This document shows positions 37,801 through 44,024 of a stretch of 64,000 bases of DNA, in pieces. The stretch's first letter is position 1, and the number at the start of each line of letters is the position of its first letter. The position numbers and the translations under genes were made by a program. The notes beneath the pieces were generated by a model, which was not told where the DNA came from, made no database searches, and worked only from the letters and a program-made list of their open reading frames with translations. This DNA comes from Amphiscolops sp. MND2022 (lineage: Eukaryota). The stretch spans positions 61,878,001 through 61,942,000 of the forward strand of contig OZ076409.1 of the NCBI GenBank assembly GCA_964187785.1, in the 5' to 3' direction.

Positions 37801-40800
37801 ATGTTTTCACCAAATAAAAGTTGATTTTTCTCTATTTTAGACCATTTTTTGATAATTTTAACCACTTTTCTATGAATTTTGAGCAATTTTTCATTAAAAA
37901 CAACCTTTTTTTTTCGTGTTTTTCGATAATTTTTCAATAGAAAACGACCATTTTTTGAATGAGATTTGATGATTTCACCAAATAAAAACTCATTTTTCTC
38001 CATTTTAAACCAATTTTTTGTTAATTTTATCCACTTTTTTCATGTATTTTGACCGTTTTTTCATAAAAAAACAACTTTTTTTCTTGTTCTCCGATACTTT
38101 TTCAATAGAAAACGACCGTTTTTCGAATAAAAATTAATATTTTCACCAAATAAAAGTTCATTTTTCTCCATTTTAGACCAATTTTTGTTGATTTCAACCT
38201 TTTTTTCATGAATTTTGACCGTTTTTTCATAGAAAACAAGCTTTTTTTCGAGTTTTTCGATAATTTTTCAATGGAAAACGACCATTTTTTGAATGACATT
38301 TGATGTTTTCACCAAATAAAAGGTCATTTTTCTCTATTTTAGACCAATTTTTTGATAATTTTAACCACTTTTCTATGAATTTTGAGCAAATTTCCATAAA
38401 AAACAACCTTTTTTTCGTGTTTTTCGATAATTTTTCAATAGAAAACGACCATTTTTTGAATGAGATTTGCTGTTTTCACCAAATAAAAACTTATTTTTCT
38501 CTATTTTAGACCAATTTTTTCATTAAAAAAACAACTTTTTTTCGTGTTTTTTGATGATTTTTCCAATAAAAATATCCATTTTTCATAAAAATTGACATAT
38601 TCAAACAAATATAAACTTTTTTTTTCAAATTTTAAACTAAATTTTCAAACTCGTTTTCACGAAAAAAGAGTAAAACCCGTTGTGTTTTATCGAATTTGAG
38701 TACATTGAGTTGATGTCTCTGATGTTGGGAGCGCGGGGGGGCCCCACCCCCTTATATACATGGGGGTGTATACCCCGCGGTCGGCGTGATATGACTGGCC
38801 TATAGCTGTAACGATTAAGACTCATTCCGAGACGTCACGATAACACACCCTTAGCGCTATAGGTTAACATATACTCAATAAAACTTACTTAAGCTTCAAA
38901 ATGGAATTGAACGAGATAAAAGCTATGTGATAGAATTAATCTCTGATTCTTGAAAAATCTAAGTTTTCGATTCTTACTTACATGTTCTTGTTCACTTAAA
39001 AGTATTATGCTCAATACTTGTTCCCACCGGATGTTACTGATAATAGTTTTTCTAAATCGATGAATCTTCACTTACATAAATACTGGTTCGATTATATTAT
39101 ACTAAATTCCTGGCGGAACGAATAACTTTCAATACTAAACTAATTCTTGTTGAGTGAGTTTCCCGTACTTAGCTACTAGTTGCAAAATTCAGCCAGCACT
39201 TGTACTGGATTAAGTGAGTCATGAAACCTTGGGAAGCGTCCTTTACTGGACTACTGAAAGTAACATATCAGCGAACACTTGTGACGGATTGAGTCAACCA
39301 AAACTAATTGAAGAGACACTGCTGACTTTCATTCAACCTACAGTATACAGTAGTAAACTTACAGTAGTAATCCGCGAAAGAGAATATTCATGAAGGGAAT
39401 GAAAAGTGAATGAACGTTTGAGTCGCAGTGAACATGACAGGTTAGACTTACTGATTCTCTAAACTGTCTAGTAAACCGTGAAAGAGATCATTCAATAAAA
39501 TAATTATCGAAAAATATAAATTAATAATAGTTTCATTTAAAAGCTTCCCATGACTTTGAAATGAGTATAAAACTTGTTTATAGCCTCAATTCGCATCAGG
39601 GTAGCCTTTAAAAAGGCTGGGTTTTTGATGATTGAAAAATTATTGGAGGGGATCATAAAGCTGTCCTTCCCTACAATGTGGGCATGAAACTAACATTGTT
39701 CCACACACTTTGGAACAGCAAACTTTCCTACAAGTGGTGCATTGCAACCACTCACACCAACATGCTGAATTGAGAGTCATACATATCCAACAGTGATTGT
39801 GCTTGTTCTGTAAACAGTCATGATGACCAGACTCTCTATGTTGTTCATCTTTCGTAGACAATCTTTCTTTGAATACTGCTGGCATTTTTGGAACAATGAG
39901 GGAACAAATTTCAGACGTTCCCTTATATTCTTCTCAAACACTCCAGATGTTGGATTAGGTCTTTTCATTATCAGGTGTGAAAACTTGCCTTTGAAATAAT
40001 CGCGTACTTAGAGCAACCTACTGTGAAAGTTACTTTGGACTACCTAATTTAATACAATCGATTCTTAGTTAATCATGTTAATACCAATTTTATTCAGCTT
40101 GATACCAAATTAGTACGTTTTGATAATGAGTGATTAGATTTTACGTTGATACAAGTGATAACGCTTGTACTCAATTAATTGTAATTTGGTAAACTTGTAT
40201 ATACTTCAACTAATGTTTACAATATCTTTAATCCGTCCCCGTGGCGGCAACAGCTGTCACCGGCGGCGGCGGCGTTCCGTTGGCGGCGGCCGTTGAACTC
40301 CTCCTTTTCTGTAAATTTCCAAATAAGGGATTTCTAGTCCTATAACCAATCTTAATACATGTACTCCTCACTTTATACCCCTCTGTTCAGCTCACTCTTT
40401 ACTACTGTCGGCGTTTAGACGTATAATAAAGATAGAGACGTTATTCCTGTTTAAAAAGGCTTTCTGAAAATGAAAGTATCAAAATGTGAGGCATATGCGG
40501 TGTATGCACGCTCACCCTCACCGTCGCAAATACCTCTCACATCATACCTCTACAATTTGAATAGTAAGATTTCATGATGTTTTGTATCAGAAGCGAAGAT
40601 TTTCATAGATCTAATAACATGGAGGATCCAAAGGGGGATTACGGCTTTTAAATGGGTGCTGTCATATTACGAATAAATATGGTGCTGTCATCGTCACCTG
40701 TTGATGCAATTTTCAATTACAACATTTTGAAGAATTAAACTTGGAGATTTGAACGAAACATATTCAAACTTCCCTATAACTTACAGTCGACTTCGGCTAA

Positions 40801-42000
40801 TCGAATACTGGCGGGACCGGCGAAAAATATCCGATTCAGCGAAATATTCGATTAAACGAAAACATGCTAGTATATTCTTTACAGCCAGGGATTGAAATTT
40901 TTATTCGTTTACCAGAAATATTGGATTAGCCGATATTCGATTATCCGAAGTCTACTGCATTGGTTTTCTGTCAAGGATTAAAAATTTGACTATTGGATGT
41001 GCTCTGGTACTGATCCGAAATATGCGGTTGTTTTCCGAGGCATAATGAGCTATTTTGAATATAATAATTCACGAAGTTTCAACAAAAATGCCGAAAATAC
41101 GAACTTGATAACTGGTGGGGGAGGTTGGATTACAAGCGACTTGGCAGGGGGTTGATATGTGCGACTAAGCTCAATTTTGGGCACAAGTTTCTTAGGAGGC
41201 TCTTTCTTTTTCGGATTTGATAGCTCTTCATCAAGAGCAGAGAAAATGTTGATCTGAGTAGGAGATGGCTTCGTTGTCTTTTTCACTGTGGTCGCGCCTG
41301 ATTCTGCTTTGCCACCATCCTGATAATTAACAAATATAATGGGCAATTGAAACAATTATTTACGAGAACTTTGACGAGCAACTATGTTGCTCAAAAATAC
41401 CTTCAGTTCCTATTACCACTTACAGGAGCGAAGTTTCAACTTCCCGAGAGATTTCCCAAAAACCCCAAGATTCACTGGAAGTATCTAAATGTTGGACTAT
41501 AAGCTTTGTCACTATTCGACCGATTTTCATGTTTTACCGATATTCCAGCTGACAAAGTTTTAACCTGGGATACGTTTAGAGCAAAGTTTTTGAAATCAAA
41601 AAATTTGATAAAAAAGGATAACGGTTCTCTGATCATGGATACTTACACTTCCTTTTGTAACAACTTTCACCGATCCCCCTGCCGTGAAACGCTTCAAAAA
41701 ATCTTCGGTTCCATGCCTCTCATAAGCCCGACGAGTGGAAACCATAGCTGCGTTTATCGACGTCGGTGCATTAGCGTTCGTAGTTGCTAATGTTTGCGTG
41801 ACGTTGACTTTTCCGGCTGTTGGCGCAGATGGTCGAATAACTTTCGTCACCACAGGATTTTGGTTGCCTGATTTCAGTACAATGTACTTAGTAGGTTTAT
41901 TGCCCTGGAATTTGGTAACAGATGGCGGGCCTGAGTTCCCTGCTCCCTGCATCTGCTTTTTCCAATCAAGGCATGAACTTTGACATTGGAACACGTGAAT
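16852..42000 (-). CDS. TOX-family-like HMG-box protein gene; exons 42000-41647, 41319-41105, 20553-20015, 19485-19264, 18797-18417, 18185-17891, 17245-16852
   Basis: HMG box (TAFRLYYKD...ITRVITQMWFGLDKSQREKFEKQA) and C-terminal CFNC...W..DGRYCSISCCVLYSKKLFNDWV, resembling the TOX4 YCSxECVxxHCRDVFxxWV domain. All six introns GT-AG with matching phases (0,2,1,1,1,2). 5' end uncertain. Confidence 0.7.
19816..19884 (+). pseudogene. tRNA-like pseudogene / tRNA-SINE head in intron
   Basis: A-box TGGCACAGTGG, B-box GGTTCGAATC, imperfect stems. Confidence 0.5.
21370..21682 (-). mobile_element. 3' fragment of CRE-clade (restriction-like endonuclease) non-LTR retrotransposon
   Basis: A frame not in the ORF track reads KKLKYEQRIREVEHATFNPLVFSCTGGAG...RTKISFALLRSSILCIRGSRS to TAA at 21370, the characteristic CRE RLE C-terminus. 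Confidence 0.75.
21837..22032 (+). repeat. Polinton left TIR (196 bp)
   Basis: Reverse complement of 40226-40406 apart from GCC tract lengths and two substitutions. Confidence 0.95.
22185..23054 (+). CDS. Polinton accessory protein, possibly tandem PC4-like ssDNA-binding domains
   Basis: 289-aa ATG-initiated ORF with two internally similar segments (WIHIKIYK...LILSTWEM; YIQLKLYT...KGCINMKVGEV). Confidence 0.6.
   Translation: MKRKIVSEKSNDYPRTSKGKMEQSELCPTPHQSPNFSTNLFTSYVDIGPEETLDFGTLAVAPQTSKSLSFGKSVLDKYRQTGFLADAQSSTKCWDFSCIPERTLRISIPATEIKHPTSNWIHIKIYKEFMGQMKFHQLLILSTWEMRRVLSSLDEVLQEARNLFEENSNEIIVTSYTAENPYLNFPTPLEDSKSCAKFWELCETARRKICASMTVYDKENFYRSYIQLKLYTRVNTEDNFVRKGCINMKVGEVSKCLNSKLELMETFVRETLALNKKLTTSVSLPSLFM
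23241..23651 (+). CDS. Polinton protein with HD dyad, putative phospholipase A2-like
   Basis: 136 aa; PFGGIIG...LHAVLHDASGF...GPGYCY; hydrophobic C-terminus. Confidence 0.55.
   Translation: MDVKLINELEKEISNDYSFSRNTRRKNYFLAACKSLDPEINLLQIDEQSPFGGIIGIDDSPLDRVLSFSKVFRLHAVLHDASGFMKRELNVGPGYCYVFRFDNKFPNFCFLGHLTGISYCLYLKFFLPSLFETIRV
23673..23969 (+). CDS. Small two-transmembrane Polinton protein
   Basis: WNVCGRKCSR + hydrophobic helix + VWVAILSSVVGYILPNP; stop 2 nt before the ATPase ATG. Confidence 0.7.
   Translation: MLSYSRSCTADMQNSNNPVVHTKEIIFDDNNEERQPWNVCGRKCSRSASLFIIQSSVVLILIVTSVVSILLSSSCEETTVWVAILSSVVGYILPNPRP
23972..24676 (+). CDS. FtsK/HerA (A32-like) genome-packaging ATPase
   Basis: Walker A GPSASGKS, Walker B LLIFDD, Arg-finger GRHRNLNCIYVKHNLF. 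Confidence 0.92.
   Translation: MNKLISTEDRVFMSLVGPSASGKSHLIFQMLKAGTFVPKFDKIFYFYQFFQNLYIRMQRDIENIEFIGSLDFDFIDNLPNDGTKYLLIFDDSCDEISRSKKFEKLATAGRHRNLNCIYVKHNLFHKASTGRDTELQNTHIILFKSPRDVQQINVLGKQLGLGSDLKQWYSDATSKPYGHILIDLTPKTPDPLRFCSDITSFPTVFYLPNSRSRVTEINDQKTGLLYSKASPRLQ
24624..24950 (+). CDS. Polinton-type basic hypothetical protein
   Basis: 108 aa; FLCECCRNLVHGNL motif of the kind found next to Polinton ATPases; overlaps both neighbours. Confidence 0.7.
   Translation: MIKKLDYFTLKLLLDSSKDLQKSFLKLCSKDFVRFLCECCRNLVHGNLKVASKIKLIPLKQIIKQLISKKTSLKQRRFLLACDKGIILFRFIAQAVLDKFQHLFDNGK
24940..25464 (+). CDS. Polinton hypothetical protein
   Basis: 174-aa ATG ORF packed between and overlapping adjacent genes. 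Confidence 0.65.
   Translation: MENNKFVLIPLHLWKAGKTNFQTDLSSPIDVQTESTNERMSFFNSLPQSLKSNKKHSPSNDTSNDTRIVQPSNKQSKLKEYLLDVFKKDSKAKKILEELFSNPSIKFSNGNTIVVNNTDTEVNARDFVYDLRHKSANFNPRYSIILQQLKLPSTYLANSTALTGDDDSWITFSF
25433..26377 (+). CDS. Retroviral-like (rve) DDE integrase
   Basis: WCLDLAQ (D), LWIDRGKEF (D), FAERAIRSLK (E); C-terminal KGDFVRI...KGYKPQFTDELF...GKFY. No chromodomain. Confidence 0.95.
   Translation: MMTVGSLSLSERLKLTKLYRNGPAAFGSISNLVRLSGLSRTKVKQFLDSKASYTKYKNRIRKFPRLHVFARFIDDIWCLDLAQVDKLSQWNSHTKFLMVCVDVFSRFIRVEPMKNKSSESTKMAFIKLCSNSNNFVIPKRLWIDRGKEFFGDFRSFCEDAGINVYHTFSETKASFAERAIRSLKTIIYKHLEESGNYNYFRNLPNLVDCLNSRINRSTGLAPNKVTNSDYLKVLYRQVNFSDKTPPFRKGDFVRIAKVTTSFSKGYKPQFTDELFRIINLSTRQPVPTYELEDLEGEKILGKFYHHELSKHISR
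26410..27220 (+). pseudogene. Minor capsid (penton-like) protein, N-terminal frameshift
   Basis: MESFTIEL* at 26410. The homologous continuation SSASGNIFRTNSSASFSNLLPEQLHLSGEWEVAVTEISYP...YTDFINSNIVGDSKVP is in the +1 frame. Confidence 0.8.
27255..27632 (+). CDS. Basic virion core-like protein
   Basis: FRGVPRQRGRGLG motif, QFGGG, Lys/Arg-rich tail; immediately upstream of MCP. Confidence 0.75.
   Translation: MDGFDKMSYFRGVPRQRGRGLGAFAGTIARTTFPILRKYVLPVAKKLGRDVIESTIPELDQVIKGKASIKKAVKRTAKATAKKQFGGGRVKRKSKQRRKRGLKKKIIKQKAQKQRSRDDFFKNVT
27637..28878 (+). CDS. Double-jelly-roll major capsid protein
   Basis: 413 aa; SSLDLF, FVNNTMHSLFSNCEV, LYPHKAF, KFLLPNV, NPFHYQKF, FDLT motifs of Polinton MCPs. 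Confidence 0.9.
   Translation: MSIPKTMTHSSLDLFERVPILEPIEWSNLQKIYPTNSLNESSLEFNFATDRNVMIDLQETFLYLKIKIGKGTADLDGTDDVMFVNNTMHSLFSNCEVFFNNEQVYTSNGLYPHKAFVSNEFSGTKGTKESISFCQGYDYEKDPSAFGEEPFVTRKGKKSDTVAFYGKLCVDIFTCDKFLLPNVNVRLRLVRSRPIFYLISQQNKNFIGKILEATLFVRQVAVEDRIYKDLHNTLQLRAARYNFSEILAKSFIIPSGQNQYIHENIFNNAPIRRLAIAMNVNTAFTGTLKTNPFHYQKFGLSSLRLVRGSQVVVDLDTTQNVQSYITSMRALRFDEDGPGIPLEDYDNHFVQVFDLTSTQEANVQIYYPDVVAASLRLELKFTTPITAATEVVIFGERISTIFIDKNGSVVKNG
28871..29275 (+). CDS. Adenain-like (Ulp1 clan) cysteine protease
   Basis: NTDTSKRPGVHW (His), FGDSLG (Asp), LQ...CGLYC (Gln/Cys); overlaps MCP stop. Confidence 0.9.
   Translation: MDNDHLSRIISRFGILKYKYLGSFPADMIPEIIPHNTFFICNTDTSKRPGVHWVMVANCRGKIFFGDSLGNLPTYYKTIQLNPKKSIKVLNRLTLQKRDLCGLYCIYFAYCLFSNFLMYDVNDIFILKFFAEVL
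29481..30101 (-). CDS. Polinton hypothetical protein on the opposite strand
   Basis: 206-aa ATG ORF, convergent with the structural module and divergent from the pPolB module. Confidence 0.55.
   Translation of the reverse strand: MPVYRMLNTEFETRDLFIYFHVDTQEVRILTIKPDDNSEEIVESCVLPEALFRMQHRWLGNLNTSNEIPNGVRAEVAGEFKTSGDAAEHSLNVTKVRDERTLPLKIREDFAVFHLNRKKVRENVEHELEEREWIRSFWGVEEAEERSESPILFSDNSSTIFNTPPSQQRAIYGPPWTRLVSYATKQSGNPDAASSQIKPETSVFRN
30232..30885. repeat. Tandem array, 6 x 112 bp, each unit with CAATCACA-N9-TGTGATTG palindrome
   Basis: Units start at 30232, 30344, 30456, 30568, 30680, 30792; the last is partial. Confidence 0.95.
30937..31395 (+). CDS. Polinton hypothetical protein, possibly with premature stop
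   Basis: 152 aa with HNSNFCNSPNCQYH motif; frame stays open past TGA to TAG at ~31493. Confidence 0.55.
   Translation: MACGSLDLFPAFFEKYIKNSFLLLVSDYPIDLTEFEQYSVSIHNSNFCNSPNCQYHILVYSTHLSSSDLSLQCNFSYQSVDCLFTVFKFYFMKILELKGFIFQKLLSAIDFHKYLPSPVLTSFSVSKKRLLRKKFKTKSRKSTLISPRAPET
31504..35733 (+). CDS. Protein-primed family B DNA polymerase with N-terminal C2H2 zinc fingers and inserted VSR-like nuclease
   Basis: 1409 aa uninterrupted. Exo I VFDFES, Exo II FNSSRYD, Exo III YNNKDV; motifs A GIDASQLYP, B KLIANSSYG, C EMDTDS. Insert VDGY...FEVLGCYWH...VWECEW. Confidence 0.95.
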   Translation: MSHRELKQCPICSKFVGSNNFARHKKIHQFQCSKCSSSFAKEEKLSRHFLAKHSTSSFVCSICNLPFLTFNRLSYHKRQVHGRVGKIPIDQIDLSEFGEEDPKLLEELRSVQHFLVDSKLKLKKKTIYNFRLTEFNPILINEKLREVFLNLNCAVKLNLSFGFVLHDRIESGEYRYYYAADNNPIFQTPITLENESDLLTLQSRIEQENFLHDCVVHRPNTKWKFALLTNLTVFLYHLEKIPLGCSVVNLPQAIIKNPNIRTFLVDGNKKPYDDNLCFFRAVAFEVFGKRDLVTSTNSLVSTFLSRIGKEIVHFKGIQTNEIQVVENIIGMNISLFSISFDEQGNLVGTLSYRSLMSYEKSFSLLQYDNHVCWVKNIDQFLKKYRCDHCDKFFPKVSNYQRHLTVCTDRVSHRYPKGPYQLKETIFEKLTNLEIPVQEFLYENLVVFDFESITVPDSTLPNSEMTRYIGKHVPISVSIFSNLLSEPIFICNSDPRLLVSKFIEELVILSRSSSQQLRQLFQKNFEALDEKLQINECSSDDSPGEDKNSKKEKNLLLQVKTDLIVYCDNLPVFGFNSSRYDLNLIKEPLLDILLNDYQCTPSVIKVCNKYIGMNFLGLQFMDILNFLGGATSLDKFLKAYGASEEKGFFPYEWLDTVEKLEVNQLPDISSFYSELKKVNVLEVDQKQYNELLSRGICSKDALKKLGLSSVPKGKEENYEELQKLWEREKMQCFKDYLKWYNNKDVVPTLEALQKMLNFYHSQNIDMLKLGLTLPNLSNRILHSTTTAKFFPFNETDKIYDDYIRSWLTGGPSIIFTRYAKVGETRIRNSNNVCRSIVGIDASQLYPFSMTKDMPTGVYTKWEMKTETGKFHPRRNQKNFLEYVVLEFLQIKYPNCKLRTQFNHKSQKRIGKYLVDGYCSHCRTVFEVLGCYWHFCNCQDKNRLSLSALENGAKRRKFDEVRRIYLTEAGYNIKEVWECEWWKQVRENVDGAGDFMRQCYPYQNPLTESEMLEDIKTGRRFGVIDCSIEVPCDLRAKFDEFPPIFKNFYVGLQDIGAHRDFAEKNHILKKPRRMLISSFHLSKGPLITPLLQFYLEKGLVVSNVTWFIEYTPRKCFKSFVDTVVEARREGDKNKNSSVVAETMKLIANSSYGYQIMDRSRHTTTKYANEEKVNKLINESKFKSLNVLSANIFEVELIKPVVEHKEPIIVGFFILQYAKLTMLQLYYNFFQLFCDPQKFELIEMDTDSLYMALAGETLEDIIKPEMKLIWDLSRQDDCRDDFAANGHSNFSPRNCCNKHWVFDQRTPGLFKEEFRCTEMVALCSKTYCCFDSSSNTTKLSCKGLNKHALVNDEPLQKYRKVLQKESVVTTNRGFRVVKNSVATYELKKNGLSYFYPKRQVLSDGIHTKALDI
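35960..38590. repeat. ~167-bp AT-rich satellite (~16 monomers) with higher-order structure, inside the Polinton
   Basis: TAGAAAACGACC anchor recurs at ~167-bp period (36436, 36603, 36771, 36938, 37105, 37270...). Identical spurious 95-aa ORFs lie 666 bp apart. Confidence 0.92.
39640..39885 (-). CDS. Small Cys-rich RING/zinc-finger-like Polinton ORF
   Basis: CWIC-x6-CWC-x4-CTTC-x3-CC-x3-C-x6-CPHC; may join the overlapping ORF 39777-39968. Confidence 0.5.
   Translation of the reverse strand: MPAVFKERLSTKDEQHRESGHHDCLQNKHNHCWICMTLNSACWCEWLQCTTCRKVCCSKVCGTMLVSCPHCREGQLYDPLQ
40226..40406 (-). repeat. Polinton right TIR (181 bp)
   Basis: Inverted copy of 21837-22032; ends ACTACT then TSD GTCGGC. 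Confidence 0.95.
40784..40957. mobile_element. Tc1/pogo-type MITE
   Basis: TA-CAGTCGACTTCGGCTAATCGAATA ... TATTCGATTATCCGAAGTCTACTG-CA: imperfect TIRs, TA-like TSD. Confidence 0.7.
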
Positions 42001-42386
42001 CTGAAATGTTCGACAGATTTCTATACAAACCGGTCTGTAATTGATTTTAAAACTTCTAAACTATCCTGACTCTGGGAAACCCTCAAATCAACAACCAGGC
42101 TCTGATTCGATGGCACTGAAATATCGCGGTAAGGCCACGAAAAATCTGCGGCACAAATTGAAGAGGTAGGTTCCTGGTTGCAATCTCTTTCGGACTAAAC
42201 TGCATAGCAGGGATTGAAATTATGGTATAGCCATTAATTTGATACCTGAATTTTCACTACCATGAATATATCCATATTTTTCTCTTTTTCCATACAAAAT
42301 GACCATGATAGCTATACATATGGTCTACAAAACAAACTTGAAAAAAAAGAAATTTGAAGAGTAAACTTCAGGATTATCAATAAGAT

Positions 42387-42769
42387 TGAAAACTGAGGAC
42401 AGAGTATGAATGTTCCAAAAGTTTTGATTGACAGCTAGATACAAATTCTCCTCAAAATGAATTGGAAGGAGTCTGTTACGCAATGGGGTTCTGACATTTT
42501 TGGCTCTGCTGAATAGTCTCTCCACAATGTTGAAAGTCGGCGTTTAGACGTATAATAAAGATAGAGACGTTATTCCTGTTTAAAAAGGCTTTCTGAAAAT
42601 GAAAGTATCAAAATGTGAGGCATATGCGGTGTATGCACGCTCACCCTCACCGTCGCAAATACCTCTCACATCATACCTCTACAATTTGAATAGTAAGATT
42701 TCATGATGTTTTGTATCAGAAGCGAAGATTTTCATAGATCTAATAACATGGAGGATCCAAAGGGGGATT
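42387..42769 (+). repeat. Dispersed ~380-bp repeat, the empty-site paralog of the Polinton target
   Basis: Nearly identical to 21684-21836 joined to 40413-40640 with a single GTCGGC (42536-42541). Diverged copies at ~43404 and ~45270-45455. Confidence 0.9.
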
Positions 42770-42802
42770 GTATAAACGAACTACATAATTTATATATATA
42801 TA

Positions 42803-43203
42803 TAAACTCAATATCTTTAGAATCAAAGACCAATACACGTCTACAGAAATTTTATAGCGATGAAGAGTAAACCATAGCAGTTCAGTTTTCGTGTTATTGA
42901 ATTCCATTGTATTTGCTTTCGCCCAGTTATAAATCCTTATGAGATCATTCTGGAGTTCAATGAGATCAGCATTTGAGATTTTCGAATCGTCTGCAAAGAG
43001 TAGCATTATTGAATTGACACAAACACAAGGCAAATCATTGATGAATATTAAAAAATAATAAAGGTCCAATAACAGAGCCTTGGGGGACACCACTTTTGAT
43101 TGGAAGGGCAGTTGAGAGACAGTCGTCAATTTTAACTCGTTGTTCACGATCTTCGAGATAACTTTTCAAGAGTTTGAGTATATTGCCACCAATCCCAAAA
43201 CTG
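42803..43203 (-). mobile_element. CR1-like RT fragment (near-duplicate of 44670-45057)
   Basis: LIFINDLP...MLLFADDSKI; ends at the N gap. Confidence 0.75.
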
Positions 43204-43403
43204 NNNNNNNNNNNNNNNNNNNNNNNNNNNNNNNNNNNNNNNNNNNNNNNNNNNNNNNNNNNNNNNNNNNNNNNNNNNNNNNNNNNNNNNNNNNNNNNNN
43301 NNNNNNNNNNNNNNNNNNNNNNNNNNNNNNNNNNNNNNNNNNNNNNNNNNNNNNNNNNNNNNNNNNNNNNNNNNNNNNNNNNNNNNNNNNNNNNNNNNNN
43401 NNN
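43204..43403. other. Assembly gap (200 N)
   Basis: Run of N. Confidence 1.
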
Positions 43404-44024
43404 ACTGAAGACAGATTATGAATGTTCCAATAATTTGATTGACAGATAGATACAATATCTACTCATAATGAATTGGAAGGATTCTTTTACACGAATTTAT
43501 TGCCTCTCCCCAAAGATTTCGAGTTTTCAGTGTAGAAATTGATAGATAGTTATTGTTTCGGTAATCATTTCGGACCGAACTATTTTACGATGTGGCCATT
43601 TTTTCAGAAGTGACAACATGTTTTTGACGCTCAAGTTGTTCATGCAGCGTAAGTTAAAAACTTCTTTTTCAAATCAATGATCGCTTTGTCTTGTTCACAC
43701 AAGTGTGAAACGAAGCTGACTCATGCTTTCTAACATGACTACTATTTTCTGTTCACAACATCGTGCAAACTTGCGAGCAATACGTTTTCATATGTGAAAT
43801 AATCTATTTTTGCGTAGGTGTTATTCTGTGCTGAAATTTTGGGGGACAAATAAACTTTTTGCCAGTAGGCTGGGGGCATTAGCAAACAAGATCCGGATTC
43901 TGTTACGCAGTAGGGTTCTGACAGTAGTGGTAAAAGACTTGAATTCTACTTTTATGTAGATATTAAACAGCCTGATTATTTATTATAGAAAATATAAGAA
44001 CAAAAATCAACAGCAATAGCACTT

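Larger units (their letters stand above)
21837..40406 (+). mobile_element. Polinton/Maverick (adintovirus-like endogenous virus), 18,570 bp
   Basis: AGTAGT/ACTACT termini, TIRs, 6-bp TSD GTCGGC (21831-21836, 40407-40412). pPolB, integrase, ATPase, MCP, mCP and protease genes present. Confidence 0.97.

Noticed and set aside
36225..38509. Many Lys/Phe-rich ORFs
   Set aside because: Translations of the 167-bp satellite.
38780..38785. Internal GTCGGC equal to the TSD
   Set aside because: A single 6-mer in 18 kb is expected by chance.
43140..43455. ORFs across the N run
   Set aside because: Artefacts of the assembly gap.
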